From contig OZ024753.1 of the NCBI GenBank assembly GCA_964016885.1, positions 21,142,001 through 21,206,000 of the forward strand: DNA of 64,000 nucleotides, read 5' to 3'. The stretch is from Eledone cirrhosa (Eukaryota). Below are positions 22,985-36,176 of this stretch, piece by piece; the stretch's first letter is position 1; every line of letters starts with the position of its first letter. Under the pieces are notes generated by a model that saw only the letters and a list, made by a program, of their open reading frames with translations, did no database searches and was not told the origin of the DNA. Both the position numbers and the translations under genes were made by a program.

Positions 22985-23050
22985 TATTTCATTATATATA
23001 TTTCAGGGATATCATATTAAAAATATGGTATGCCTTCATCAGACAAAATA
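22985..23050 (-). ncRNA. Type I hammerhead ribozyme with minimal palindromic stem III
   Basis: Reverse complement: uauuuugu CUGAUGA agg-c-auac-cauauu-uuu-aauaug-auau-c-ccu GAAA uauauAUA augaaaua; flanks homologous to 18495-18700. Confidence 0.8.
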
Positions 23051-23144
23051 CAATATAAACAGTCTTATAAATAGATAGATTTAATATCGTATATAAATAT
23101 ATATATATATAGTCTATCAAAATTCTTTTATCACACACCTGTGA

Positions 23145-23900
23145 CATCATGGCTGAACTAGGGAAGTTGTTCCAAACATAGAAGCATGGCCTTGAATCAA
23201 AAGTCAACTTGTCTAAGGCTAAGGTTCTAGTATGTAGAAAGGAAAATAGGGCACAGGTATCTTCTGGTCATGCTCAGTATGTAAGAAAGGAAGAGGTAGA
23301 AATTCCATTCTATGTCTCAAATTCAAACTATAGGTACATAAAAGATGTAGTGGGATCACAGGTAAGCTATCTAAGAATGTAGATTTTATATGTGGCCGAT
23401 GCTCATGTGCAGTAAGTAGCAAGGACCCATTGGATGATATCTCCTTCAACTGCCCAGATGGTTCTATAGAAATAGTACACACTTTCTGTTACCTGGGTGA
23501 CAAAATCAGCAGTGGAGGAGGGTGCTCTCAAAGTGTAGTAGCCAGAGTTAGAATGGGATGGAAAATGTTCAGAGAGCTAATACCACAAGGAGTTTTTCTC
23601 TAAAAGTGAAAGGCAAATTGTATGATGCTTGTATATGAATGGCGATATTACATGGTAGGGAGACCTGGGCATTGTGTGCTGAAGACTTGCATAGATTAGA
23701 AAGAAATGAAGCTTGCATGCTCCTATGGGTGTGTAATAGTAATGTGCGCGAACAGCAAAGCATAAATTGAGAGAGAGACTAAGCATAAGAGGTATCAAAT
23801 GTTGTGTTCTGGAGGGGAGATTGTGTTGGAATGGACATGTGATGCGTATGAAGGATGACAGCTGTATAAAAAAGTGCAGAGGAAGGAAAATTGATGGAGC
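23145..23900 (+). mobile_element. Degenerate RTE 3' fragment
   Basis: Colinear with 16610-17400. Confidence 0.85.
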
Positions 23901-24729
23901 TGAAAGACTGAAAATAAGATTCTTGTCATTGTTGGCAGCTCACCTTACTGATGTATCAGCTAATGTCTGGGGGCTTGGTTAGGGTTTTAAGCCTTGCTAT
24001 CATTGGTTAGGGTTTTAAGCCTTGCTATCATCCATGACAATGCAGTGTGTTGGCTTGCCTCAAAAAATATTAGAAGGAAAAACCAGCACTCCTGGTGATT
24101 AAGTATGCATTGGTTCTCTCACATCTTTCTCACCCTCTCTCTTTATTAATAAAAATTGTGTTTATTCATATGAATAATTTGTAGAAAAAAAAGTCTTGAG
24201 TACAAAAATATCTATAAAAAAATAAAGAATAAAATATTACAAAATTAGAAAATATAAATATGAAAATAAATTAAAAATATAAAGTAAATCTATGAAAGCT
24301 ATTTAAGCTATTTACAAAATATTTCTTAATAATCATAAATATTGTTTATATAAATATTAAGAAGGCAGAAAGCTGATATAATATTGGTAAAAACAGGATT
24401 TTGTGCTAGAAGCAACCGTCTCCAATTGATCCAGCTGGATCTACAAGTGAGACCAGCTGTGTTCATGGCTGTTATCCAGCCATCATGCTACGAGTTTACT
24501 CCTGCGTTTCCTGTCAGTTCCTTTTTGCCTGTAAAATCTGTCCAACGATTTTTTCCTGAGACATTCTAACCACAGATTTTAAAGGTATATCACACAAAAA
24601 AAACGCCACTGTTACATTTCATTTCACCATTCCTTCGCTGCCTGCTTACCTAAACCCTCCCTCACTGCCTACAATGCTAAACTCCCCCACACAGCATTTC
24701 TAGTGTATTTTTTTAAAACCTAGTGGAAC

Positions 24730-24955
24730 CCAACTTCTCTCCAGATTTGAATACAGCAGATTTTTCAGAGAAGTATAGACAGTGAGAGAATAGAATTGAG
24801 AAAGAGATATAGAGAAAGAATCGACCCCCATACTTGGTTAGTACTTTTTTTATCGATCTCAAATGGGTGAAAGGCAAGATTTGGACTTAGAGAGTACAGG
24901 ATTGGAACAAAGCACTCTATCCAATGTTCTAGTAACTCTGCTAATTCGCCACCTA
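24730..24955 (-). mobile_element. SINE A variant with alternative tail
   Basis: Similar to 293-555 and 31560-31785. Confidence 0.55.
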
Positions 24956-26102
24956 TACAGCATTATCCAATCCAATATAGAGCCTTCTCAATCCTGTTGG
25001 AGAAACCCCTTCCTGGTTGACCCCCCTAACTGCTTTTGGTTTTGGTCATGTCTTCAGGGATGTAGCTGTACTCACTACGGTTGGCCAGTTGCAAATTGGA
25101 GAGGCTATTTAACCTATAGTTGGGGTGGATGACCATTGACTCTGAGGATTTTATCTACCCTTTTTACAGCTCTTGTTTTTGGGGCCGCTGGGGTGCCTTC
25201 CTTGCCAGACTGGGGTTTTTTGGGGGAATCAATTTATTAACCAACCACTTGACCATGAACCAGTTTGTATTGGCTTACATGGTACCAGTATCAGGCAGAA
25301 GCCAGTCCTGACTACACCAGGGTCTGGTGGGGGAGCCAATTTAGTCACCGACCACTCTTCTATGAAGCAGTTTAGACAAGGTTACATGCTACCAGTAGCA
25401 GGCTGAAGCCTGTCCTGACCTGAACTATATACAGCATTATATTTACTATTAAATCTAATTTTATCTTTCTTCTAACATTCATTCTACATAACATTCTAAA
25501 ACGTTGAACAACATAACATTGAAGACATATTTGTTTGTTTGGGTTTTTTTTAGTGATTCTGTTGTTTGTTGCATAACAAACATTTTACAGAAACCTTACA
25601 ACTCTTCAATGTCAAATTTCTGTTTTAAATGAAACAGATGAGATCTTTAAATGTCCCCAAGGACTCTATAAGCTATTCTAATGATTCTTTGGCAGCAGGA
25701 ATTGTATTACATTCATGTTAAATTATGTAGGTCTATCTCAATGTTGATTATGTCTTTTGCATCTGTATCGTTATAAATATACAATACATATCTCATACTG
25801 AATTAGATCATGAAAATAATTAAGAGATTTTTAGTAATGTTAACACAGGATACAAAGGTAGACCATTGACAGAGTTATTAGAACATTAAATTGTCTTGGT
25901 ACTTACTTTGGCTCACTTAGTTCAAATCTTACAAAGGTCAACTTTGCTTTTATCCTTTTGTTAATATATGGCTGAGTGCTTATATATTTGAATTTATAAA
26001 CCTCTAAATTTGTATAGGTATATAATTTCATGTCTTGCTTATTTCTTGCCTTGACTATATCAATTATCTCCCTCTTATTGTCAGATGATATAGTTGTTTA
26101 TA

Positions 26103-26269
26103 CCTGGCATAGGCAACCTTTTGTTAGCAGTGGGCCAAATCGGATGTGGTTCTTCATAAGGCAAGCTACACTACTAAAATATTCAAGGCAATTTTGAAAT
26201 TAGGCTAGCTATTTGGAAAGCCAAACAGGCTGCATGGGACAGCTTATGGGACATGGTTTGCCATTACTG
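26103..26269. mobile_element. hAT-like MITE (degenerate)
   Basis: ggcataggcaacct ... ggtttgccattactg imperfect TIR resembling hAT/Charlie ends. Confidence 0.35.
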
Positions 26270-26316
26270 GTTTATACTTTTTATCTATTTTGTGTATGTA
26301 TGAATATGTGTGACAT

Positions 26317-27870
26317 ATTCAGCCATTGATTCAGCTATTAGCGTTAGATCATCTGCGTATAGGAGTTCCCATGGGCAGCCGGTCTTGAACTCCTCTGTTA
26401 TAGCCTGAAGGGCAATAATAAATAGGAGGGGGCTAAGGACAGAGCCTTGGTGAACACCAACTTTTACACTAAATTCTTCACAATATTCATATGAATCATC
26501 ATCATCATCATAAAACGGTGATGATGAATCAATGGCTGAACTAGAAAAGAAATTCCAAACATGGAAGCATGGCCTAGAATCAAAAGGCCTTAAAGTTAAC
26601 TTGTCTAAGACTAAAGTCCTAGTTTGTAGAAAGGAAAATAAGGCACAGGTGCCCTCAGGGAAATGGCCTTGCTCAGTCTGTAGGAAAGGAGTAGGCAGAA
26701 ATTCAATTTTATGTCCCAAATGCAAAGTATGGGTACATAAAAGATGTAGTGGGATCACAGGTAAACTATCTAAGAACGTAGACTTTATATGTGGCCAATG
26801 CTCAGGTAGCAAGTGTCCACAGGATACTAGCCCCTTCTATTGCCCAGATGGTTCTATAGAAATAGAAGACACTTTCCGTTACCTGGGTGACGAAATCAGC
26901 AGTGGTGGAGGGTGTTCTGAAAGTACAGAAGCCAGAGTCAGAACGGGATGGAAAAAGTTCAGAGAGCTTATACCGCTGTTGGCCACAAAAGGTTTCTCTC
27001 TAAAAATGAAAGACAGATTGTATGATACTTGTATATGAACAGCAATGCTACATGGCAGTGAGACATGGGCATTGCGTGCAGAGGACCTGCATAGACTGGA
27101 AAGGAACGAAGCATGCATGCTCCGTTGGATGTGTAATAGTAATATACGTGAACGGCAAAGCATAAATGAACTAAGTGAGAAATTAGGAATAAGAGGGATC
27201 AGATGCTGTTTACTCGAGAGAAGACTACGTTGGTATGGCCATGTGATGCACATGAAAGACGACAGCTGTATGAAAAAGTGCAGGGCGATCAAAATTGATG
27301 GTAGTTACGGAGTAGATAGACCCAGAAAAACCTGGGACGATCTGATAAATTCCGACCTTACACACTTGCACCTCTCTAAGACAATGTCACTGGACCGAGA
27401 TCTTTGGCGCTACGCAGTAATATAGAAGACCTGCCTTGCCTATGTACAAAGTGAAACCTACAGTCAGTAGGCACCTCTTAACACCCCAATACTCTATACA
27501 CCCCAATCCACTACCCCTACCCTATCCTCCCACCCCCACCAACACCACCCTCTCTCTATAAAGTTGGTACCACAACATCCAGTCCAAATAAATGAGAGAA
27601 ATGAGATCGAGATCGTGTAGGTGTCACAAGAAAAAACACACAGTCCATACTGTAATGTGGCCATGTAGGTAACACGGTAAAAAGTTCCCAGTTCGACACT
27701 GTAAATGTGGTTGGTATTAGGAAGGGCATCCAGCCGTAGAAAACCTGCCAGATAGTCCTATATGAGCGAGACACGGTCACCCGACCAACCTTGCCTCAAG
27801 TGGGACAACTCCCGTCTAACCCATGCTAGCATGGAAAATGGACGTTAAACGAAGATGATGATGATGATAT
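26317..27870 (+). mobile_element. RTE LINE with a 5' inverted segment (26317-26485 on -, 26525-27870 on +)
   Basis: The minus piece encodes EEFSVKVGVHQG...YADDLTLIAESMAE; the plus piece resumes at ESMAE; (TGA)n tail at about 27855. Confidence 0.85.
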
Positions 27871-27879
27871 TCATACATA

Positions 27880-28836
27880 CGCAAATTCCGAATCGCCACC
27901 ATCAACATGAGCACAATGAAAGAAAAAAACAGGAGAAATTTTTGAGATGCTAGAGTGAAAGTAAATGTTGTGTGAAAGAGACTAGATGGAGAGGAGGGTC
28001 AACTAGGCTTCTTGTAGGCAAAAAACAGTGCTACAAATTTTTCTGGGTGAGAAATGACAATGGTCTGGGTAGAGTAGGTATTCTAGTAGCTGATAAATGG
28101 GCAGATAAGGTAATCTTACTGAACAGAGTGAACGCGAGAATCATTAAGCTCAGACTAGTTCTAAATAAAAAAGCTACAATTATATCTGCATATGCACCCC
28201 AATCTGGGTTGTCAGACAAACTCAAGGATGGGTTTTATGCGTCCCTAATGCACACTACCACACTAACAAACAACAATGACTTCCTACTCATTGCAAGTGA
28301 CTTTAAAGGACATGTTGGGAAACACAGAGATTACCTTGATATGGACATGTGATGCGTATGAAGGGTGACAGCTGCATAAAAGCTCAAAGTCAATGGAAGC
28401 CTTGGAGTGGGGAGTTCCAGGAAGACCTGGGATGAAGTAGTAAAAACTGACCTTGCCCAATTAAACCTCTCAAATGTGATAACATAGGACTAAGATCTCT
28501 GGCGTTATGCAGTAATACAGAAGACCTGACTTCCCACGGGTGCAAGCTGAAGTATGTCGCCACCCATTCCCACTGTAAAGTGTTCATGTAGGTGTCCTGA
28601 CAAAAAGCACCTAGTCCACACTGTAAAGTGGTCATGTTGGTGTCATGACACAAAGCACCCAGTACTCACTGTAAATGAGGTTGGCGTTAGGAAGGGAATC
28701 CAGCTGTAGAAACCAAGCCAAAATCAGTTCTGTATGAACAAGACATAGTCACCTGACCTAGTATTGGCCACAACAGGACAACTTGTCTAACCCATGCTTG
28801 TCTGGAAGAATGGATGTAAAACAGTGATGATGATGA
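27880..28836 (+). mobile_element. Internally deleted RTE (APE 5' part joined to the 3' end)
   Basis: ETRWRGGS..YKFFW..ISAYAPQSG..DFKGHVG joined at about 28335 to WYGHVMRMK-type sequence and the RTE tail. Confidence 0.8.
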
Positions 28837-29037
28837 TCTTATATATATACATACACACACATTGTGTATACACTCATGAATAAGTTACATCCTTTTCCAC
28901 AAAATATGCAAAAATACAACATGTACAACTAGCATGTGATTTACCTACTGGACCTACAGTGATTTAAAACATGTGGTACATTGTAAATATTGTATGTAAA
29001 TTAGAGATGCAACTTATACATGTGTATATATATGATA

Positions 29038-29521
29038 CTAGCAGATTTACCCGACGTTGCTCGGGGTTTGAAATTATGCTAAGAATATACAGCTAGGAAG
29101 TAAAAGAAGAACCCGCCGAGGTTAACCTTGCCTTTCATCCTTACGGGGTCGATAAAATAAAGTACCAGTAATGTACTGGGTAATTGCTGGCCTTGTGCCA
29201 AAAGTAGAAACAATTATTTGTCCCCAACCTGTCAAAATAAGCAGAAATCTTCAATAATTAATGCAAATGAATATATTTTATAAGGATTGTCAATAAAGTT
29301 TGTTATCTCCCTTACATCAATTTTTCTACCGATAATTTTGATATCGATTTTTTATTGCTCAACGTGGGTCGATTTGAAAAATGTTTGTGATGTAACAATC
29401 TTATCAACCTGTGCAACGTGCACAGAAAATTTGGTCAAATTCAGTTGGTAATTGTGAAAGCCTTATGCATGCCAAGTTGTACACAGACACACACACATCC
29501 TCGCTTTTATATATATAAAGA
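29038..29521 (-). mobile_element. Non-autonomous Helitron (contains a SINE A at about 29111-29218)
   Basis: On the minus strand: A|TC 5' end (tctttatatatataaaag), 3' hairpin cccga-gcaacg-tcggg, then CTAG|T. Confidence 0.75.
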
Positions 29522-29765
29522 TGTTTTTTTTAAATTTAAATCCTTCCTGTAAAGAAGAAGCTGGTTTTTCACAAAAAAAGAAAACTCCATTATTGTAATT
29601 TCAATGACAAAATGAGTGAGAGCTCCACATTGAAATTTAGAAAAGTCTTGCATGTTCTACTGTTCTGCTTACAGATTCTTTCTGTTACGTGCATGTTAGT
29701 TGCTCAATTTCTTTGCCTGAAGACCTTAGGTTTTCTAAATTGTCACAAAGCATTGTGAGATATGT

Positions 29766-30072
29766 AATAAAAGACTGATAAGTTCCAAAAAGCCAGTACG
29801 GTGCGGTAGAAATATATAAAGGGCAAAGGATGACAAAAACAAGAAAACAAAGTAATGTTTTACTATATCGACTTCATGCATGTATATTTCAGACACGTAA
29901 GTTATTTGAGGAAGAACACATTGATCATTTGTTTTGTTTTGAACTGTTTCAACTCCATGTTGAAATATACTGGGTAAAACATTACTTTGTTTTGTTTTAT
30001 TTGTCATCATTTTCCCTCATTATTTTTCTACTACATTGTACTGGCTTTTTGAGACTTATCAGTCTCTCACTA
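29766..30072. mobile_element. Tc1/mariner-like MITE (diverged foldback)
   Basis: Imperfect inverted arms of about 110 bp, agactgataagttccaaaaagccagtac / gtactggctttttgagacttatcagtct; TA flanks. Confidence 0.55.
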
Positions 30073-32205
30073 AAGTATTTACTAAAATAACCAAGTGCAC
30101 TAATAATTATTTGTATAAATTTTTCTCAGTGAATTTGAAAGAAATGCTTGCATCAGCTGAGCAGCCGTCCTTTACGACGATATATCATTTCTTTTCTGTC
30201 ATAAACAACTGTATTACATCTGCGAACATTTTGATGGGAATGTTCTACCAATATGTCTTGTGTTAATATATATGTATAAAATATTCAATAGCACAAAGAT
30301 TTTCTATATTCATCCTTGGATTATTTTACCTATGGCAAGCATTGTATATTGTTTTTGCAACATCCTCATGCCACATTAGGAAGTAGTATCTTGATAATAT
30401 CTTGATATCTTAGAGCAGCTGTTGATTACGTATATCGTATTCTCTACAGATGTGCGACATAATTTACATTTTGAATTTCACTTTCTCTTTTGTTCATTAG
30501 ATATATCTTCTGCACTTGGATTTAAAAAGCATAGTCTTTGAAATGTGACATGATGTATCGGTCAGATATCCAAGAGAGGCTACATTTCATGCCAATATTA
30601 GTATCCAAGAAAAGCAACATTTCATATCGATCTTAGTATCATCAAACATATGGGGAATATATTCATACATATCCATTTTTAGATATGAGTGTTTCTTTTT
30701 CCAGGTCATTCTCGAGGAATGCTAATCCAACAACTCCTGGAAGGCATTGAAAGTAATTAGGGAATGGGAAAACTTCTTTAGCATTTGGTTGATGTAATTA
30801 TTTTGGCTGCTATTGATACCGACTGTGTGATACTATACATCATTCAAAGTCTGTAAAGTCTGTCTTTACTGATCTTAAACATCCTGCCTCATCCTTTCTT
30901 CTTAAATAAAGTCTCTTTCATATCATTGTTTCTGTGGAAACTTCTGGTTGATGTCGCAATTTTAATAATTATGGGGCAATTTTTTTCTATATACTCATCA
31001 AGTATGTTAAATGTACTGGAACTGCAAATGCATTGTGGGATAGTGTCTTGTTGAAAAAAAGAAAGCTTTGACTGCTATATTGTTTTATTCTTTCATCACT
31101 CTTTGTGGACAGTAATTTGAAATGAAATATTTTTATCTATACCTAGGTATTTTTATCATTCTTTGTATGGTAGAGGAGAGACAGGGAGACTATTGGTGCA
31201 AAGATTCTGGGTTCAGGAAACAGTTTTTCACTATTCAATTATCATATATAATCATTTCTTTTAACAAAATTCCATCCCTATATCAGCTGAAAATGTTAAT
31301 TCCATCTGTTTCTCAGCATTGTAAATATCTTTATTATTGATCTTTCAATTATCTACAAATAAAATATAGCATACATTGGTGTCTCGTAAGTGCTGAACTT
31401 TTGTAAAAGAAATGACAGAGGATTTAGTGCTAAGATAAACAGAAGCACAGGCATACTCTCTCCATAAAATATTCTCTTTGAAATATTTATTAAATTAGTA
31501 TGGTATGGTCCCATAAATCCTGATGGCACCGTATTGACATACAGTATTTCTTGGGCATTTTAAGTCTGGCAGAGCCCAACCCTCTCTAGGCCCGAGTACA
31601 GCAGATTTCTTCCAGAAAAGTATAGAAAGTGAGAAAGATATAAAGGATGAATTGACCCTGGTATTTTTTTTATCAACATCAAAAGGATGAAAGGCAAATT
31701 TGAACTCAGTGAATAGACAGTTGGACCAAATACCACAACCACTGAGTCCAACATTCTAACAACTCTGCCTATTCACCACCTTATTAAATCAGTAACAGGT
31801 GTTAAACTTTCAGTTACAACTGTAAAGATGGTAGACTATGTCTTTGCTTTTAGGTAGCAGTCACATCAGGTACTTTAGCCACCATGAGTAGAGAATAGAA
31901 TGCAATGCTTTTCTGTAATCAAGCAATACTCTTGTAAATTTTATGTGGCATTTTCTTACTTCACACAGCAAATCTTTATTTATGAACATTTTTTCATTTC
32001 TTTTGGAACATTCTACATTGACTTTCTTCCATCTCTCTGCTTCTCAGTTACTATATTGTTGGATTAGCAATTGTCTCGCTGGAAATTGGTTGAGACAGCT
32101 TGAGTAAATTTTGTACATAATATTTTGGCAAGCAATGGGCCTATATATTTCTGCCAAGTCAGTATTTTAATTTTCAGTCACAAGATTTGTATGAACTTTC
32201 AAAAT

Positions 32206-32265
32206 GATATTCCTGATGATTTCATACTTTCATACAAATGAGACAGTACTAGTTCTGTAGAAGTC
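32206..32265 (+). ncRNA. Degenerate hammerhead homologous to 15183-15233
   Basis: uuc CUGAUGA uuuc...aau GAGA cag-uacuaguu-cuG UA gaa (GAAA changed to GAGA; stem II disrupted). Confidence 0.5.
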
Positions 32266-32584
32266 ATTTCTATATAGAATAAAGATGCTTATACTCTACC
32301 AATGTATTGAGTACTTTTTTTTAACTGGTTACCTCCTGATCCTGTTTGGGAATCTACCTATTATGTATGTATGTATGTATGTTCTTCTGGTTTTATAATT
32401 TCACAAATTTTTACCAATAGAGAGAGAGAGTCAGTTTCTAACATAGATACAAGATTCTCTCATTGGAATTTACACAACAACAACTACATAACTATGTATG
32501 CATGCATGCATGTGTGTGCAGGTGTGGATGTTATTGTATGTGTGGATGTGGATGTTTTGAGTTATATGAGTGCATGTGTACATG

Positions 32585-33045
32585 CATAATTTTTGGAATG
32601 TTTTACATATTTTTACTGTTCGATTAATGGATTGTACTTGTAATTTCCTAACTAGTTGTGTTCTTTCTGTTTCTGTGAAGCCCAGCTTCTCAAGATTTGT
32701 ATTGAGGCAGTTACTAACATATCCCAGTGCCCCAATAATCACAAGTATAAATCTGAAGGTGTAAGCAGGGTGGAGTATCTGCAGATTTCTCATCAGTTCT
32801 GCATAGATATTCTCCTTTTCACTACTACTGTGCATGCCTTCTTTTCCCTGTCCCATATCATTATATCTGGTCTGTTATGCTTGCATTTTATTGGGGTTTT
32901 GACTGGAACATTCCACCAGTACTCTTTTATATTATGTATGTGTATGTCCTCCACATTGCTGTAACTTTAAATGTGTTTATTACACCGTGTAACATATATT
33001 TTGTTCCTTGGTTCTAAGTGTCATTTCATGGTTTGTTATATCTCA
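32585..33045 (-). mobile_element. R4/Dong-type LINE 3' fragment (RLE)
   Basis: EKENIYAELMRNLQILHP...IIGALG...TVKICKTF. Confidence 0.7.
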
Positions 33046-33063
33046 TTATTATAAAAAAACACT

Positions 33064-33098
33064 GGGTAATTGCTGGCCTTGTGCCTAAAGTAGAAACA
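33064..33098 (+). mobile_element. Extremely 5'-truncated SINE A with 19-bp TSD
   Basis: attattataaaaaaacact at 33045-33063 and 33099-33117. Confidence 0.8.
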
Positions 33099-33319
33099 AT
33101 TATTATAAAAAAACACTATTATTTAATCAGAAGTTTGGGTTTGTGGTCAGGAGTTTGATATTTCGAAATTTTCATATTTTTCAAGAAAAAACACATTTTT
33201 TTTTAATTTATCAGTTCATATAATTAAATCAACAGAGTATATATTTATTTTATTACACAAGCTTATCAAAAGCAAACAAGTTAAAACAAATAACACTTAT
33301 AAAGCAACTTATACACGTC

Positions 33320-34350
33320 AGAAATGACTGGATTTCCTGGATTTGAGGTTGTAGTCCAGGTCGCATTCCTGCACTAGCCCCCAGATATAGTCCCTCATCA
33401 TTTTTTCATTGTAGTGGCCCTGCTACCTCTGCTCTATCTCTTTCACATCTTGGTGGAATCGTTCGCCTTGTTCTTCTGAGTAGGCACCGTTATTGTCCTT
33501 GAATTTTTCCATGGCGCCAATAGCCTTTATCAGATCCTGCACCAGTTGCTGGTAGTTTTCAGCTCTGTAGTTGCCAAGGAAGCCCTTAACAACTGCCTTG
33601 AAACAGTTCCATGCTGTTCTCTCAATCCTATTGGGCTTATGGGAGAACTCGGTAGACTCAAACACCTTCTTTATCTGAGGTCCAACAAAAATTCCACCAT
33701 TGATTTTGGCCTCAGATAACTTGGGGAAGAACTCAAGAAGGTACTTAAAAGCGGCTGATTCTTGGTTGAGAGCCTTCACAAACTGCTTCATCAATCCCAA
33801 CTTAATGTGCAGTGGCGGCATGAGCACAATCCTGGGATCAACCAGTGGCTCCCACATGATGTTCCGGGTCCCAACTACAAATTCTGTTTGCTGCTCCCAG
33901 TTCTTTCCTTTGTAGTGGTCAGAGGTGGCTCTGTGGTCCCAGAGGAAGCATTGGAATTTGATAAAGCCTCATTAGAGTCCAAGCAGGAAAGCCACCATCT
34001 TGAAGTCTCCAATGATTTCCCAATTGTATTGGTTGTATTGCAGAGCTTCCAAGAGGACTTTCACACTGTAGTAATCTTCTTTCAGGCAGACTGAATGAGC
34101 TAGGGGCAGTGTCGCGAACTTGTTTCCATTGTGGAGGAGGACAGCTTTCAAACTTGTGGTGGAGCTGTCTATAAATAGCCGCCACTCCTTGGGCACAAAC
34201 GGCACCCCAATAACGTCAAATAGTCCAGGCACATCATGGCAGAAGCAGAGGCCATCCCTAAGAGTGTAAAAGCCTGAGAAAGGTTTGTGTCGACTTCTCT
34301 GACTTGTCACCTGCACTTCCTCCTTGACCAAGTTCCACTGCTTCATCCTG
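33320..34350 (-). pseudogene. Chapaev3 (CMC) DNA transposase relic
   Basis: WRLFIDSS..SLKAVLLHNGN, W.IIGDFK.VAFLLGL, LMPPLHIKLGLMKQFVKAL and SEEQGERFHQD motifs. Confidence 0.85.
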
Positions 34351-34699
34351 GAGACGAATGCTTAAAACACAACTTACCCTTTATTCAGGGTGCGAAAATC
34401 CAGTATCAATAAATTTCTTTAATCCACTTTTTAACAATTTTATACTTTATTGCACTTTTATAATTTTCTTTAGGTATTACTCTTTATTTTATAATTTTAA
34501 TTTAACCTGAAACATATAAAAAAAAATCATTTAACATAAACAAATTAAACTTACATACAACGTAAAAGCCAGCATATAAATAATTCTAGTGAATAGCTTA
34601 GTATTTTTACAAACCCAAACTTTTAACTGTTTAATAGCACTTTTTTATTTATTTGGGACCTAAGCAACACAAAGAAAGTGATTACAAGCCAGGAACAGA

Positions 34700-35830
34700 G
34701 AAAAACAGTTAGACCATTGATGACAATGTTGCTAGATTGGGTTGTAGTTTTTCCCCACTTTACAGTCATATATGAACATTTATCTTGGCCAAACTCTATT
34801 CCTATATCCTTTGAGAACATTGTAACCAGGTCAAGATTTTTCCTCATGTTGTAGGGAAAAACCCTGAACACCCCCGCATAACTACAAGTGGTCTATAAAC
34901 AATAACTGAAGTGAACTGTCAGTAGACTGTATATGGAGTCTTGTTGGTAGTTTGAAATTATGTCTGGTGAATACTTTGGTTTCACCTTCGTTCATACAGA
35001 TATACTAACAGGTACAACACTCCATTACAACACTCTTGGTATAGAGTTTCAGGTCATCCACAAAGAAATTATGGGTTATGTTCGTATTTATGTCCTCCTA
35101 TGAGCCAAATATGTCCTTCAGATTTCTTGAGCAAAAAGGACAAGGGGTTTAATGACAGGATAAATAGTAGCACAGAGAGACTCTCTCTCTGAAATATACC
35201 CCTGTGATATTCTATTTTATCAGTGAAAATAGAGTCCTCCTTCTCTGTTTTTAACTTTAGGATAGTAGCCCAAGAAGGCAGCTTCTCTAGGGCTCTGATA
35301 ATAATGTCTGGGACTTTAGCAAGTCATAGGGCCTCTATCATCCAAGATGGGGAACAGAATCAAATACTTACCTGTAGTCCAGCCAGACTGTAGCCATATT
35401 CCTCCTAAGTTGTCACACCTCCAACATCGCAGTTTTGTTGATTAGGAGTTGTTCAGCACACTCCCAAACCCCTTTCTTTCCAGCTGCTTGTTCATCTGTG
35501 ATGATGTCATTATTGTTGCATTGATCATGGAGAAATAGGTTCAGGCAGGCTGTATACATCTTATACATCAGGTTCTGGCATGCAATGGGTCAGTAGTTTT
35601 TGCCAAGTGGGTGTTTTTGTTCTTGGGGACCAGTATTGTTTCTGCTAATGTCAACCATTCTGGTATAAGTGTATCTGCCCTGAGAGCTTGTTGGTAGAGG
35701 TCGATAAGATTCATTTGATAGTATATCAGTTTTTTGTACCAGTAGCCGATAATCAATTCTCTTCCTGGTGTTTTCTTATCAAGGGTATCCTCCTTTATAT
35801 TGTATGTTTTGTTGTAGTGTAGGAGCAATA
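34700..35830 (-). mobile_element. R4/Dong-type RT fragment
   Basis: PG...I.GYWYKKL, IPEWL...T.LVPK, WLDY..(K)FDSV, GIFQ..SLS..LF, FSKDIGIEFGQDKC. Confidence 0.7.
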
Positions 35831-35834
35831 GTTC

Positions 35835-36176
35835 TTTTGGTTTTATGCCCTAGGGCCAGCATTAGGTGAAAAACTTCATTTTTTCAGCTTTTTAGGGTTT
35901 TTTTTAGGCGTTACATCTAGGCGATTTTCCCGCAATTTCAAGGCATATTATGCAGATAAAAAGATTCATTTTCTTGATCCCCTAGGGCCCGCATTAGGTG
36001 AAAACCTGCATTTTTCCTGCTTCATCAAGGAAAATCTTAAAGATTATCCAGCCATCAGAGTATTCGGTTTATTTTCTTTACATATTGTCCAGGCATGCAA
36101 TTTTTCCACGATTGGTCTGTTGGCGGCCCGTGTTCCAAAATACCTTATCCCGTGCAACGCCGGGTACCACTGCTAG
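35835..36176 (+). mobile_element. Helitron 3' end
   Basis: Hairpin cccgtgcaacgccggg followed by CTAG|T at 36173-36177; internal ccctagggcc.gcattaggtgaaaa repeats; 5' boundary uncertain. Confidence 0.6.

Larger units (their letters stand above)
29650..32330 (-). mobile_element. Highly degenerate R4/Dong-type LINE
   Basis: Minus strand NSKCKLCRTSVENTIYVINSCSKISRYY...HEDVAKTIYN is a degenerate zinc knuckle of the kind that precedes an RLE; boundaries approximate. Confidence 0.55.

Noticed and set aside
30090-31400. Possible host exon or endogenous viral gene on the minus strand
   Set aside because: Many stops and a zinc-knuckle remnant matching R4/Dong LINEs
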